Of a DNA stretch of 64,000 nucleotides, positions 51,746-61,220 are shown in pieces (position 1 is the stretch's first letter; the number at the start of each line of letters is the position of its first letter). The notes below the pieces were generated by a model, which saw only the letters and a list, made by a program, of their open reading frames with translations, made no database searches and had not been told where the DNA came from. The translations under genes were made by a program, and so were the position numbers. Origin of the DNA: an uncultured bacterium (lineage in GTDB: Bacteria > Verrucomicrobiota > Kiritimatiellia > CAIVKH01); NCBI GenBank assembly GCA_937958885.1, contig CALGMT010000001.1:21735-85734 (forward strand). The letters are read 5' to 3'.

Positions 51746-52669
51746 TTACGCCTCCAGCGCGCGCGCAATGCGCTCCGCGATTTGCTCGCCGCGCAGACCG
51801 CAAATCCCGCGCGCGTATTCCTGCTCGCCCGATTCATGGCGAAATTCGTCCGGCATGCCGAAGCGCAGCACACGCGGACCGCGGGCATCGGCGTCGGCGG
51901 CCCATTCGAGCACGGCGGATCCGAATCCGCCGGCAAGCGCATGTTCCTCGATCAGCGCGACGAGCCGGTGCCGTCCGAAAATCAACGACAGCAATTCGGC
52001 ATCCAGCGGCTTGACGGTCGGCATGTGAACGACTTCGGCCGCAATGCCGCGCGCAGCGAGCGCATCCGCTGCATGAAGCGCCTCGGCCAACACAAGCCCT
52101 GTCGCGATCAAGCAAGCATGATCGCCCGAGCGCAGCGAGCGCCCCTTGCCGATCTCGAATGGCGGTGGGTTCGGATCCAACGTAGGCTCGCCTTTTTTGC
52201 CGATCCGAATATAAACCGGTCCGTCGTGCGCGAGCGCGGCGCGCAACGCGGTACGCGTCTCTGGCGGATCGGCGGGCGCAAGGACGGTCAACCCTGGCAG
52301 CGCGCGCAGAATCGCCATGTCCTCAAATGAGTGGTGCGTGGGGCCAAGCGAGGCATATGACAACCCCGCACCGACCCCGACAATTACCAGCGGGGCCTCG
52401 TTGTAGCACACATCGAGCTTAATTTGTTCGAAGCAGCGCGCGGTGATGAACGTCGTGATCGTATAGGCGACCGGTTTGAGTCCGGAAAGAGCCATTCCCG
52501 CGCCGACGCTGATCATATTCGCCTCGGCGACGCCGCAGTTGAAGAAGCGACCGGGGCATTTCGCTTGAAACTCATTGAAGAGGCGGTTGCCGATGTCGCC
52601 GGAGAGCAGGTGAATCCGCGCGTCGGCCTGCGCGAGCCGGGTGATCTCGTTGGCGAACGCGTTTCTCAT
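51746..52669 (-). CDS. Transketolase, C-terminal (pyrimidine-binding) subunit
   Basis: Track ORF 51746..53377 is over-extended. ATG 52669 gives MRNAFANEITRLAQADARIHLLSGDIGN...FFNCGVAEANMISVGAGMALSGLKP...GPTHHSFEDMAILRALPGLTVLAPAD. ATGA overlap with the N-terminal subunit stop. Confidence 0.85.
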   Translation of the reverse strand: MRNAFANEITRLAQADARIHLLSGDIGNRLFNEFQAKCPGRFFNCGVAEANMISVGAGMALSGLKPVAYTITTFITARCFEQIKLDVCYNEAPLVIVGVGAGLSYASLGPTHHSFEDMAILRALPGLTVLAPADPPETRTALRAALAHDGPVYIRIGKKGEPTLDPNPPPFEIGKGRSLRSGDHACLIATGLVLAEALHAADALAARGIAAEVVHMPTVKPLDAELLSLIFGRHRLVALIEEHALAGGFGSAVLEWAADADARGPRVLRFGMPDEFRHESGEQEYARGICGLRGEQIAERIARALEA

Positions 52670-53487
52670 GCGAGCCCCAGCTCCTTGCGCGCTTTTTCCA
52701 CTTCTTCCGCCGTGGGCACGCGGTAGTGCCAGTTGTTGTCGTCCTCCATGAAGGAGCACCCCTTGCCCTTCACGGTGTGGCAAATGGCGATGCGGGGACG
52801 TTCTGAAGGCGGCGCGGACAGAAAATCCACCAGCGCCTGCATGTGATGACCGTCGAATTCGACAGCGTCCCAACCAAAGGCAGCCCACTTTTCGCGGAGC
52901 GGATTCAGCGCGAGCACTTCGTCGCTGCGGCCTGTCGCTTGCCACTTGTTGTAGTCCACCATCGCGACGACATTCGTCAGCTTGTTCGCGGCTGCGAACA
53001 GCGCGGCCTCCCAGGTCGAGCCTTCGTTGCACTCGCCATCGCTGATGATCGCGGCGACCCGGTAGGATTTTCCGAGCGAGCGAGCGGCGAGCGCCATTCC
53101 GAGACCGACCGCCAAGCCGTGACCGAGCGAACCGGTCGCCACCTCGACGCCGGGCGCGGTGTGCGGACCCGGATGCTCTTGAAAACGCGATCCCTCGCGG
53201 TTGAAGGTCAACAGGTCCTCGCGCGGGAAATAGCCTCGATACGCGAGCGCGGTATAGAGCGACATCGCCGCATGGCCTTTGCTCAAAATCACGCGATCGC
53301 GGTCCGGATCGCGGGGATTTGCGGGCGTAACGTGGAGCGCGCCGCTGAAGTAGCACGCGACCAACATGTCCACGCACGAGAGCGCCGAGCCAAGATGCGG
53401 CGTGTCGGCGCGATGCGACATGCCGATGACCTCGCCGCGCATTTCGGCGGCGATTCGTTCCAATTCGGAAATGGAGGGGCGGCTCAT
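52666..53487 (-). CDS. Transketolase, N-terminal (ThDP/diphosphate-binding) subunit
   Basis: ATG 53487 (MSRPSISELERIAAEMRGEVIGMSHRADTPHLGSALS). ILSKGHAAMSLYTAL. ThDP motif IISDGECNEGSTWEAALFAAANKLTNVVAMVDYN. Confidence 0.85.
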   Translation of the reverse strand: MSRPSISELERIAAEMRGEVIGMSHRADTPHLGSALSCVDMLVACYFSGALHVTPANPRDPDRDRVILSKGHAAMSLYTALAYRGYFPREDLLTFNREGSRFQEHPGPHTAPGVEVATGSLGHGLAVGLGMALAARSLGKSYRVAAIISDGECNEGSTWEAALFAAANKLTNVVAMVDYNKWQATGRSDEVLALNPLREKWAAFGWDAVEFDGHHMQALVDFLSAPPSERPRIAICHTVKGKGCSFMEDDNNWHYRVPTAEEVEKARKELGLA

Positions 53488-54476
53488 GGCTTGTGCTGAT
53501 ACGCGCGGGGCGCGTCCTTCAAGTCGTTCCACCACTCGCGCATCCAGCGTACGGTGTCATCCACAATCGTTTCCAACTCGCGCGTAGGCGTCCAGCTCAG
53601 TTCCTCTCTCGCGCGCGTCGAATCCAACAAATAGGCGGCGTCCTGCCCCAGCCGCGCCGGAGCGACGTCCACGCAGTCATCGAACGATACCCCCATGCGC
53701 GCGCAAATCATCTCGACGAGTTCACGGATGCTCGCGCGCCGCTCGGTGGAGAAATGATAGACCGAGCCCGGCTTGGCTCGCTCCGCGACCCGTCGCGTGC
53801 CTTCGCACACATCTTCGATGTGGATGAACGAGCGCACGGACGTGCCCCCGCCTTCGAGTTTGAGCCGCTCTCCCGAAAGGATGCAGAAGATCGTGCGCGG
53901 CACGATGCGGTAGAGCGCCTGCGCGGGTCCGCACACGTTCGCCGAGCGCGTGAACGCGACGGGGAATCCGTACGCCCGCTGGTAGGCAAAAAGGTTCATG
54001 TCGCACGCGGCTTTCGAGACCGCGTACGGCGTGCTCGGATTGTACGGGGCGTCTTCGCGAACAAGTCCGGATGTGTTGCCGTAAACCTCCGGCGTGGAGG
54101 CCTGCACGAATTTTTTGATAAAGGGAAATTTTCGCAGCTCGTCATGCAGCGCGGCCATCGCCAGCAGATTCGTCCGGTACCAGTCGAGCGGACGCTCCCA
54201 ACTTTGCGCGACCATGCCTTGCGCGGCAAAATTCACCACATACTCCGGCTGGAATTCCGCGACCAGGCGGACGAGCCGGGGCAGGTCGCTGTTGAGATCG
54301 ATCTGGTGGAACTGAAAGTTCCGCGCGTCCGCCCATCGGTACGGCAAGAACGCGGGAATCGGCTCGGGCGAGCGGCTCACGCCGATCACGGCGTCGCCGC
54401 GCGCGAGCAGGTGGGCGACATAGCTGGCGCCGGAGAACGAGTTGCTGCCGATGACGAGATGTCGCGCGCCGCTCAT
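53484..54476 (-). CDS. NAD-dependent epimerase/dehydratase (extended SDR), 330 aa
   Basis: Track ORF 53484..55031 is over-extended. ATG 54476 gives MSGARHLVIGSNSFSGASYVAHLL (Gly-rich NAD motif). ASTPEVYG. YAVSKAACD (YxxxK). Confidence 0.8.
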   Translation of the reverse strand: MSGARHLVIGSNSFSGASYVAHLLARGDAVIGVSRSPEPIPAFLPYRWADARNFQFHQIDLNSDLPRLVRLVAEFQPEYVVNFAAQGMVAQSWERPLDWYRTNLLAMAALHDELRKFPFIKKFVQASTPEVYGNTSGLVREDAPYNPSTPYAVSKAACDMNLFAYQRAYGFPVAFTRSANVCGPAQALYRIVPRTIFCILSGERLKLEGGGTSVRSFIHIEDVCEGTRRVAERAKPGSVYHFSTERRASIRELVEMICARMGVSFDDCVDVAPARLGQDAAYLLDSTRAREELSWTPTRELETIVDDTVRWMREWWNDLKDAPRAYQHKP

Positions 54477-55498
54477 TTCAGCCCAATCTTTTTCATGCGC
54501 TGGATATTGAAATACCGATCGTTCGTCATCGAATCGGGCAACAATCCGGCGCGGAATGCCTTGATCAGATCGCGCGCGCCGTCCTCGATCGTGAAGCGCG
54601 GCGTGAACCCGAGCACGCGGCGTATTTTCTCGGACGAAATGTGATAGGATCGAATGTCGTTCGACGGAGTCGTCACAATCTCGATGTCGCCGCGATCGGG
54701 CATTTCGCGCAGCACGACCTCGCGGACGACGCGCGCGGTTTCGGACACGCTGAAATTCTGATATGCGGCGTTGAAGATCTGCCCGGCGATGGGATCGTCC
54801 TCCATCCGCAGCAACAGAAGATACAAATCGATCATGTCCTGCATGTGCAGATTGGGCCGCATCTGCGAGCCGCCAAAAACCGTAATTTTTCCTGCATTCA
54901 CCGCGTGGTTGGTGAGGATGTTGACCGTGAGGTCGAGCCGCTGGCGCGGGGAATAGCCGCAGATCGTCGCGGGCCGCACGATGACCGGCGCGAAATTCGG
55001 CGATTGCGCCTCCAGCAGCACCGGTTCGCACATGGCTTTGAACTTGTTGTAGAGCGAAACGGGCACGAGCGGGTGCTCTTCCGTCACGTTCGGATCATCG
55101 CTCACGCCATACACGCTGCCGGAAGACGCGTGAATGAACCGGCGAACGCCCGCGTCGCGAGCCAAGCGGACGAGCGGAATGAACGCCTCATAGTTGATCG
55201 TCCGGCTGAGCGACTCGTCGAGCTCGACGCTCGGATCGTTCGAAATGCAGGCGAGGTGAATCACCGCGTCGCACCCCGTCAATGCACGGCGGACCAACTC
55301 CGTATCGCGTATGTCGCCCTCGATTTCCTCAAGGTTCGGGTTTCCCCGGACGGCGTTCAGCGGCTCGCGCCCATAGATGTAGAGATCGAGCACCCGAACG
55401 GCATAGCCGGCTCGGAGCAGTTGCGGAACCAGCACAGCGCCGACATAGCCGGCGCCGCCGGTGACCAGTATGCGGTCGAATTTGCGCGATTCGCTCAT
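54473..55498 (-). CDS. NAD-dependent epimerase/dehydratase (extended SDR), 341 aa
   Basis: ILVTGGAGYVGAVLVPQLL (GxxGxxG), HASSGSVYG, YNKFKAMCE (YxxxK). Confidence 0.8.
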   Translation of the reverse strand: MSESRKFDRILVTGGAGYVGAVLVPQLLRAGYAVRVLDLYIYGREPLNAVRGNPNLEEIEGDIRDTELVRRALTGCDAVIHLACISNDPSVELDESLSRTINYEAFIPLVRLARDAGVRRFIHASSGSVYGVSDDPNVTEEHPLVPVSLYNKFKAMCEPVLLEAQSPNFAPVIVRPATICGYSPRQRLDLTVNILTNHAVNAGKITVFGGSQMRPNLHMQDMIDLYLLLLRMEDDPIAGQIFNAAYQNFSVSETARVVREVVLREMPDRGDIEIVTTPSNDIRSYHISSEKIRRVLGFTPRFTIEDGARDLIKAFRAGLLPDSMTNDRYFNIQRMKKIGLK

Positions 55499-56094
55499 GA
55501 AACTCCTTCCGCAGGCGTCTGCGCCTGCACCATGTCCATGTAATTATGCAAAATGACGGCGTGTGCGGATTCGGCGAATCCGTACGCGCGGGCCGGCACA
55601 TAGAAATTCAAATCGCCCGATTGCCGCAGCGGGTTGTCCTGCGCCATCGCCGAAAGGGTCACCAGCGTGAGGCCGCGCTCGCGCGCGACGCGCGCGGCGG
55701 CGAGGACATTCGGGGATCTGCCGGAGCTGCTGATCGCGATCAGCATGTCGCCCTCCGACGCGCGGCGTTTGAGCGGCTCGGCGAAGACTTGCTCGAAGCT
55801 GATGTCGTTCGAGATGGCCGTAATGAGCGAGAGATCGGAGAACACCTCCGTGTGCAGGTGGCCGTTTTTCGCGAGATCCGCCGCGAAGTGGCTGGCCATC
55901 GACGCGCTCGCGCCGTTGCCGATCAGATAAATCGCGCGCCGGTTCTCGCGCAACTCCAGCGTGCGCGCGCACCAGCGCGCGAAGCCCTCGTTCGGATCGA
56001 GCTCCGCGCCCGCGCGATCGCGGACGGACAGCGCGCGCAGGGTGTCCAAGAGGGCTTCGAGGTGTTGCGACCAGTGTGCGTTCATGCGGATCAT
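55495..56094 (-). CDS. SIS-domain sugar-phosphate isomerase, GmhA-like (sedoheptulose-7-phosphate isomerase family)
   Basis: ATG 56094 (MIRMNAHW). IYLIGNGASASMASHFAADLAKNG and LIAISSSGRSPNVLAAARVARERGLTLVTLSA match the GmhA/SIS pattern. 199 aa. Confidence 0.8.
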   Translation of the reverse strand: MIRMNAHWSQHLEALLDTLRALSVRDRAGAELDPNEGFARWCARTLELRENRRAIYLIGNGASASMASHFAADLAKNGHLHTEVFSDLSLITAISNDISFEQVFAEPLKRRASEGDMLIAISSSGRSPNVLAAARVARERGLTLVTLSAMAQDNPLRQSGDLNFYVPARAYGFAESAHAVILHNYMDMVQAQTPAEGVS

Positions 56095-57620
56095 TTCAAC
56101 AGCGTTTCGATTTGCTTGATCAGGCCCGCGCGGTCGATGGATTTTTCGTTGCCGACCACCGACACGGCCCACGCGCCCGCGACATTGCCCGCGAAGGCCA
56201 CCATCTCGGCCGGCGCGCCGACCGCCGCCAGCAGCGAAGAAACGGAGAGCGACGCATCGCCGGCCCCGACCCGATCCACCACTTTCTGCGCCAGCGCGGG
56301 CACGTGATGGAAACCGGTTGCGCGGTCGAGCACAATACTGCCGCGGCTGCCGCGCGTAACGGTGATGAGCGGGCAGTCGAGTTTCGCCGACAGCGCGGTC
56401 ATCATCGGCTCGACTTCCCCGCGCAGATCGCGCGCCTCGAGCCGCATTTCTTTTTCCGCCAGCGAGATAAAGTCTGCGCGCGGATACTTCGAAATGACAT
56501 TGTATCCGTGGTTTCCGGCGTTGGCCTGCGTGTTCAGGCAGAGGAACTTCGCGCGCCGCGCGAGGATCTCCACGGCGCGCGGGGTGATCATGCCGTGCCC
56601 GAAGTCAATGACGATCACCACATCGAACTGCGGCACAAGGCGCTCCAGGGCCTCGCAGACGGCGGCGTCGTCCTCGGGCTCCAACGCGGCGTCGTTGATG
56701 TGATAGACCTCGAGCATTTTGGTAAAGAAATAGTGTTCGATGAGGCGTTTTTTCACGATCGTCGGCGAATTCCGCCGCACAAGGTAATGCGCGTCGATCG
56801 TCGGCTTGACGTGTTCGCGGATGAACTCCAACTGATCGTCGCGATCGCCGATCTGGGTCGCCATCGCGACGCGATCGACGAAGGCGGCGACGTGATTGGC
56901 CGCAGCGAGGATGCCGCCCGCGAAGCGTTTGGAATACAGGCTTTTCACCGCGAGCGTCGGCTCCTTGGAGGACTTGCCGATCGCCTCGCAGAATTCGTAG
57001 TCGTCGATGATCGCCTCCCCCACCAGCAGTACGGAACGGGTGCCGGCCTCGGCGAGGCGCTCCCGGATGGCGGCGGCCGGGTGCCGCTTGCCGAACGCGG
57101 AGAGGAAATCCTTGACCTCGGGGGAATAGCCGGAGGCGTAGCGGTTGATGAGGTTGGAGGAACTGAAGACGATATCGTCGGTGAAGGCGATGGTCCCGCC
57201 GATGGAGGTGACGGCATCCTGTTCCAGTTGGATGCCGCCGGTCGCGTCGTTCTTCGCGTCCCGATATTCGGACCCTTTCACATAGATGTCCGGCTTGAGC
57301 AGATGGATTGTTTCGACAGCGGTCGGCCACTGGTTGAGCGCGACGGCATCGACCATGTGGAGGGCGGCGATCGCCTCTAGGCGAAGCGCCTCGGGAAACG
57401 CCGGGCGGTCGGGGCCCTTGTTGACGAAGCGATCCGGCGTGACGGTGACGACGAGCACATCGCCCATTTCGCGCGCGAGCTTGAAATGGCGGATGTGACC
57501 GATGTGCAGCAGATCAAAGCAGCCGTGACAGTGGACAACTTTGCGACCGAGCAGCTTCTGTTCCGAAATCCATTCGGCGAGCTTTTCGAGCGTGAAGTAT
57601 TTTGAAGGGTCGGGGGCCAT
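56091..57620 (-). CDS. Bifunctional nucleotidyltransferase (cytidylyl/adenylyl-transferase, N-terminal) / PfkB-family sugar kinase (C-terminal)
   Basis: N-terminal VVHCHGCFDLLHIGHIRHFKLAREMGDVLVVTVTPD (HxGH nucleotidyltransferase motif). C-terminal PfkB signature VVDRVGAGDASLSVSSLL. Domain order is the reverse of E. coli HldE. Confidence 0.8.
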   Translation of the reverse strand: MAPDPSKYFTLEKLAEWISEQKLLGRKVVHCHGCFDLLHIGHIRHFKLAREMGDVLVVTVTPDRFVNKGPDRPAFPEALRLEAIAALHMVDAVALNQWPTAVETIHLLKPDIYVKGSEYRDAKNDATGGIQLEQDAVTSIGGTIAFTDDIVFSSSNLINRYASGYSPEVKDFLSAFGKRHPAAAIRERLAEAGTRSVLLVGEAIIDDYEFCEAIGKSSKEPTLAVKSLYSKRFAGGILAAANHVAAFVDRVAMATQIGDRDDQLEFIREHVKPTIDAHYLVRRNSPTIVKKRLIEHYFFTKMLEVYHINDAALEPEDDAAVCEALERLVPQFDVVIVIDFGHGMITPRAVEILARRAKFLCLNTQANAGNHGYNVISKYPRADFISLAEKEMRLEARDLRGEVEPMMTALSAKLDCPLITVTRGSRGSIVLDRATGFHHVPALAQKVVDRVGAGDASLSVSSLLAAVGAPAEMVAFAGNVAGAWAVSVVGNEKSIDRAGLIKQIETLLK

Positions 57621-57653
57621 GGATATGGAAAAGCGGATATAGTCTGGGCGCGA

Positions 57654-59648
57654 TCAAGGCGTGACAATCTCGAAATCGTACACAAATAGAAAATTTGGCG
57701 GACCGGCGAGCGTTTTCACGGCCAGTTGGTCGCCGGGCGCAAGGTCCCACGGACCCCATTGGGCCTGCCAGCCGTCCGATTTCCCGACCTGCTCTTCGGA
57801 CAAGCGCACCCATTGACCGCCGCGGACCAACCAGATCGAGAGGCGGCCCGACGCGGGCGCCGCGCCGCGCGCGCGAACGACATAGGAGGCGGGCGCGGGA
57901 AGGGCCAGCGCCAGCCGCGCGTCCTCCGCGGTGGGAGCGGCGAGAACGATGCCCTCGCGGGTTTGCGCATAGCGCCAGCCCGCGCCGGTGGGCCAGATGG
58001 AGGGCCGGCCCGCCTGCATGCGCTCGCGCCAAATTTCTTCCGGGGTGCGCCAGCGCGCGACAAACGCGGCCATATCCTGCATCTTGTAGCCGTGCGGGCT
58101 GAAGCCCCAGCGCCACAATTTCGCGAGCGTCGGATCGTGGAATCGCGCGCTGTTCGGGAACTGCGTTGTCCAATTCCATAATTCCTGATGCGGATAGAAT
58201 GCGCTCGTCGGGGGCTCCGTGATCAGCACCGTTTCGGGATAGCGGCGGAAAACATCGCGCGCCTGATCGCTCCGCCACGCGTACACCTCGCGCGGGATGC
58301 CGGCGTTCGGGTGATCCGCATAGACCGCCTGACGCCCGGGCGTCGCCAGCGCGCCGGGCACTTCCCTGAGAAAGTAGCCGTTGCGCCACATGTAGAGCCC
58401 GCCCGGCGGCACGTGCTCGATGATCCAGTCGCGGGTGATCGAAAACGGCATCAGCTTGTCGCGGATCGCATACAGGGTTTGAAACGGGGCGCGATGCCAC
58501 AGCGCGAGCAGCGCGGTTGCCGCGACGGCTACCACACGGCCCGCGAGTGCGCTGCGCGCGGCGAGACGTTCGTGCACATCCGCCAATCCGATACCCGCAA
58601 ACGCAATGAAGGGGAGGAAGACGACCGCCAAATAACGCGGATAGAAGTCGCGCATCAGCACCGCGAAAAAGATTAGCGTCGGCACCACGACTAACGCTGC
58701 ATGCGCCGCGAACCACGCGCGGGGAGCGCGACGCCAGGCCGCGAAAATCCCCCACCCCAGCGCGAGCGCGAACGCCGCCATCCGGCCTTCACCGCGCCCC
58801 CATCCGAACGCCGCCAATTGATAGGCAAATAGATCAAATGTCAGCGGCTCGCGCACATCGGCGACAACGCCCGCGCCGCCCGCGGCTGCAAGCGGAAACG
58901 GAAGGAACGGCATGGCGGCGAGCACGATGACGGCCATCATCACCAGCGGCCCGGACCAAACCGGGGCGGACGGATCCTTTCGACGGACGCGCGCCGCAAC
59001 GGATATGAAGGCGAGCAGGCCGAGCGTGGCCGCGAAGAACCACGAGATCATGTGTGTGAAAAACATCCCGACCAAGCCGATCAGCAACAAGGCCGCCCAG
59101 CGCGCCGCCGAACCCGTCGGCGGTCCGGCCTGCGCGCCGAGGCGAATCGCGGCGCACATCGACACGGCTTGAAAAAACAGCAGCGGCCCATAGCTGGTCG
59201 CGTCGCGCGATTGGTAGATGTGGAAAAATGAAATCGCGGCCAGGAGCCCGGTCCACCCGCTCGCACGCGCGCCGTACAGGTCGCGCATGAGCAGCATCAG
59301 CAGCGGAACGGTCAGCGCGCCGAACAGCGCGAACGGCAGGCGCACGCGCGCCGCCAGATCGGTCAACGACGCGCCGCTCTCCGTGCGCAGCATGAGGTTC
59401 GCCAGCACGTATTGCATCGGCATGTGCTGGCCGGTGAAGCCCGTGAGACGGGCGTCGAAAATCGCGCGGACGATTTCGCCGGGTGTCTTGGGCGGGGCCG
59501 CGAAGGAAATGACGGTGATCTCGTCGATCCAAGGCGAGGCGCCGCCAAGGTGGTGGAGCCGCAACCCGAGCGCCAACAGCGTGATCGCGGCAAGCGCACA
59601 TCGCGCGGGTTTCGAAATTGCTTCGAATCGGAGCGCGGCCGGCTTCAT
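57654..59648 (-). CDS. GT-C fold glycosyltransferase (PMT_2 / ArnT-like family) with C-terminal periplasmic domain
   Basis: LLALGLRLHHLGGASPWIDEITVISFA (loop-1 DE motif). More than 10 hydrophobic segments over ~420 aa, then a ~240-aa soluble C-terminus. Confidence 0.75.
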   Translation of the reverse strand: MKPAALRFEAISKPARCALAAITLLALGLRLHHLGGASPWIDEITVISFAAPPKTPGEIVRAIFDARLTGFTGQHMPMQYVLANLMLRTESGASLTDLAARVRLPFALFGALTVPLLMLLMRDLYGARASGWTGLLAAISFFHIYQSRDATSYGPLLFFQAVSMCAAIRLGAQAGPPTGSAARWAALLLIGLVGMFFTHMISWFFAATLGLLAFISVAARVRRKDPSAPVWSGPLVMMAVIVLAAMPFLPFPLAAAGGAGVVADVREPLTFDLFAYQLAAFGWGRGEGRMAAFALALGWGIFAAWRRAPRAWFAAHAALVVVPTLIFFAVLMRDFYPRYLAVVFLPFIAFAGIGLADVHERLAARSALAGRVVAVAATALLALWHRAPFQTLYAIRDKLMPFSITRDWIIEHVPPGGLYMWRNGYFLREVPGALATPGRQAVYADHPNAGIPREVYAWRSDQARDVFRRYPETVLITEPPTSAFYPHQELWNWTTQFPNSARFHDPTLAKLWRWGFSPHGYKMQDMAAFVARWRTPEEIWRERMQAGRPSIWPTGAGWRYAQTREGIVLAAPTAEDARLALALPAPASYVVRARGAAPASGRLSIWLVRGGQWVRLSEEQVGKSDGWQAQWGPWDLAPGDQLAVKTLAGPPNFLFVYDFEIVTP

Positions 59649-59650
59649 AC

Positions 59651-60484
59651 TTACAGGCCGCGCTTGAGCGGGAGCGGTTCCACCATCGGGTCGCGGCGCG
59701 GGGCGATCCGCCCTTCTCCGGCCACGCGAAAGCTGCCGTCGCCGTCAGGCGCGAGACGAACCGCATTCACATCGCCCTCCACCGTGCGGCGCGATAGGCG
59801 CATGGCTTCCGGCGAAAACACACTGTGAACGAACTGGTTCGGACCCGACAGGTGCAGCACGTGCACGTTGCCGCGGGCATCCACTTCTAGCGCCGGCCGC
59901 CCGATCCGGACGAAGCGCCCCAAATCGGCAACCCCGTAGCAGGCGGTCTCGGTCTCGTTGTCGCTCCGCAGAAAGAGCCGATCGCGTTTGTCGCGATTCA
60001 ACACGCGCAGGGTGTAGGTGCGAAGCTCGCCCGCCGGCGTGTGCGCCTGTAGGCGGGCGACCTCGCCGCCGGGCGTGACATCGAAAAACATTTTATCGGT
60101 GACATAGGACCGATTGCCGACAACAAGGCGCGCCCGCACCGAAAGGGCGGAATACCGGCCGATCGGAAAAAGCTGCAGCAGATCATTCGTGAAGGACACG
60201 GCGGTATTCGGGGGAATCTCCGCGGGCGATACGATGCGCGCGTCCGGGAGCGGATGCACCAGCAGGCCCTGCGCATCGGTCACTTCGAACGCGAGCGTGT
60301 AGCCCTGCGTGCCGCCGGAGGCGAGCGCGGTCGAGCGCTCATTCTTCAACGTGACGACGATCGGAATGGATTCGCACACGAGCGCCTCGGCGTGCGGCAG
60401 ACGCGCCGTGAACTCCACCTGCGCGGAGGCTGATGCGGCAAGGCACGCCACGGATGCATACAAGAAGGGGCGAAATTTCCGCAT
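59651..60484 (-). CDS. Secreted protein of unknown function
   Basis: Trimmed to ATG 60484 (MRKFRPFLYASVACLAASASAQ = signal peptide). Beta-rich and 277 aa. Its stop lies 2 nt before the GT-C gene start. Confidence 0.5.
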   Translation of the reverse strand: MRKFRPFLYASVACLAASASAQVEFTARLPHAEALVCESIPIVVTLKNERSTALASGGTQGYTLAFEVTDAQGLLVHPLPDARIVSPAEIPPNTAVSFTNDLLQLFPIGRYSALSVRARLVVGNRSYVTDKMFFDVTPGGEVARLQAHTPAGELRTYTLRVLNRDKRDRLFLRSDNETETACYGVADLGRFVRIGRPALEVDARGNVHVLHLSGPNQFVHSVFSPEAMRLSRRTVEGDVNAVRLAPDGDGSFRVAGEGRIAPRRDPMVEPLPLKRGL

Positions 60485-60494
60485 GGCACGCTCC

Positions 60495-61217
60495 TCACCG
60501 ACCCACGGCAAGCCGGGCGGCGATGCGACCCGGCAGACCCGCGTCTAAAATCTTCTTCTGCGTTTTTTCGATATCATACGCCACGCGGCGCAGCTCGATC
60601 AGATTGTTGAACATGTCGAACACCACATACGCCGCCCGCGGATCGCCGTCCCTCGGCTGGCCCACGCTGCCGACATTGATGAAATATTTCTTTCCCAGGC
60701 CCACTTTGATTTTCGTGTACAGGCCGAACCGGATCGTGTCCGTCCGCTCGAATGCGAGCGGGACATGGGTGTGGCCGTAAAAACAAAGCGTCGTGGTCTG
60801 ATAGTTGAAGTTCGCTTCCGCTTCCAGACGGTCGAACACGTACCCCCACTGCTCCGGCATGTCGAGGGTGCTGTGCACAATCGTGAAGGTCTCGACCGGA
60901 CTGACGTAGCGCAAACTGCGCAGCCACGCCTGCTGTTCCTGCGAGAGCTGTTTTCGCGTCCACGCCACGACGTCCGCCGCGAGCGGGTGAAACCCGTTGA
61001 GGTCGTCCGCGTGCGAACAATAGTGATCGTGGTTGCCCCGCACGCAGGCGCACTTGAGCGCGCGAATTTTTTCCAGGCACTCCACGGGGTTCGCGTTATA
61101 GCCCACGATGTCGCCGACACACGCGTAATGGGTGACGCCCTGCGATGCCGCGTCTTCAAGGACCCGGTCCAGCGCCTCCAGATTGGCGTGAATATCGCCT
61201 AATATCGCGTACTTCAT
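60495..61217 (-). CDS. Metallophosphoesterase (calcineurin-like, YfcE/MJ0936-type)
   Basis: MKYAILGDIHAN, CVGDIVGY, RGNHDHY, FYGHTHVP, NVGSVGQPRDGD. Confidence 0.8.
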   Translation of the reverse strand: MKYAILGDIHANLEALDRVLEDAASQGVTHYACVGDIVGYNANPVECLEKIRALKCACVRGNHDHYCSHADDLNGFHPLAADVVAWTRKQLSQEQQAWLRSLRYVSPVETFTIVHSTLDMPEQWGYVFDRLEAEANFNYQTTTLCFYGHTHVPLAFERTDTIRFGLYTKIKVGLGKKYFINVGSVGQPRDGDPRAAYVVFDMFNNLIELRRVAYDIEKTQKKILDAGLPGRIAARLAVGR

Positions 61218-61220
61218 TTC

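Larger units (their letters stand above)
47766..59648 (-). other. Sugar-nucleotide modification / glycan operon (GT-C glycosyltransferase through C-methyltransferase)
   Basis: Eleven co-directional genes. There are five consecutive ATGA overlaps, and the other gaps are 2-81 nt. See the individual CDS entries. Confidence 0.7.

Noticed and set aside
51746-55031. Over-long ORF-track versions of the transketolase C-subunit (543 aa) and the SDR (515 aa)
   Set aside because: In both cases the family-typical N-terminus begins at an internal ATG that forms an ATGA overlap with the upstream gene's stop. The extra N-terminal sequence overlaps that upstream gene out of frame.
57514-58755. 413-aa minus-strand ORF overlapping the GT-C glycosyltransferase in another frame. 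The 58834-59766 ORF is similar.
   Set aside because: These are out-of-frame same-strand overlaps with a gene that has a coherent TM topology and a DE loop motif. The alternative translations are Arg/Gly/Ala-rich low-complexity sequence.
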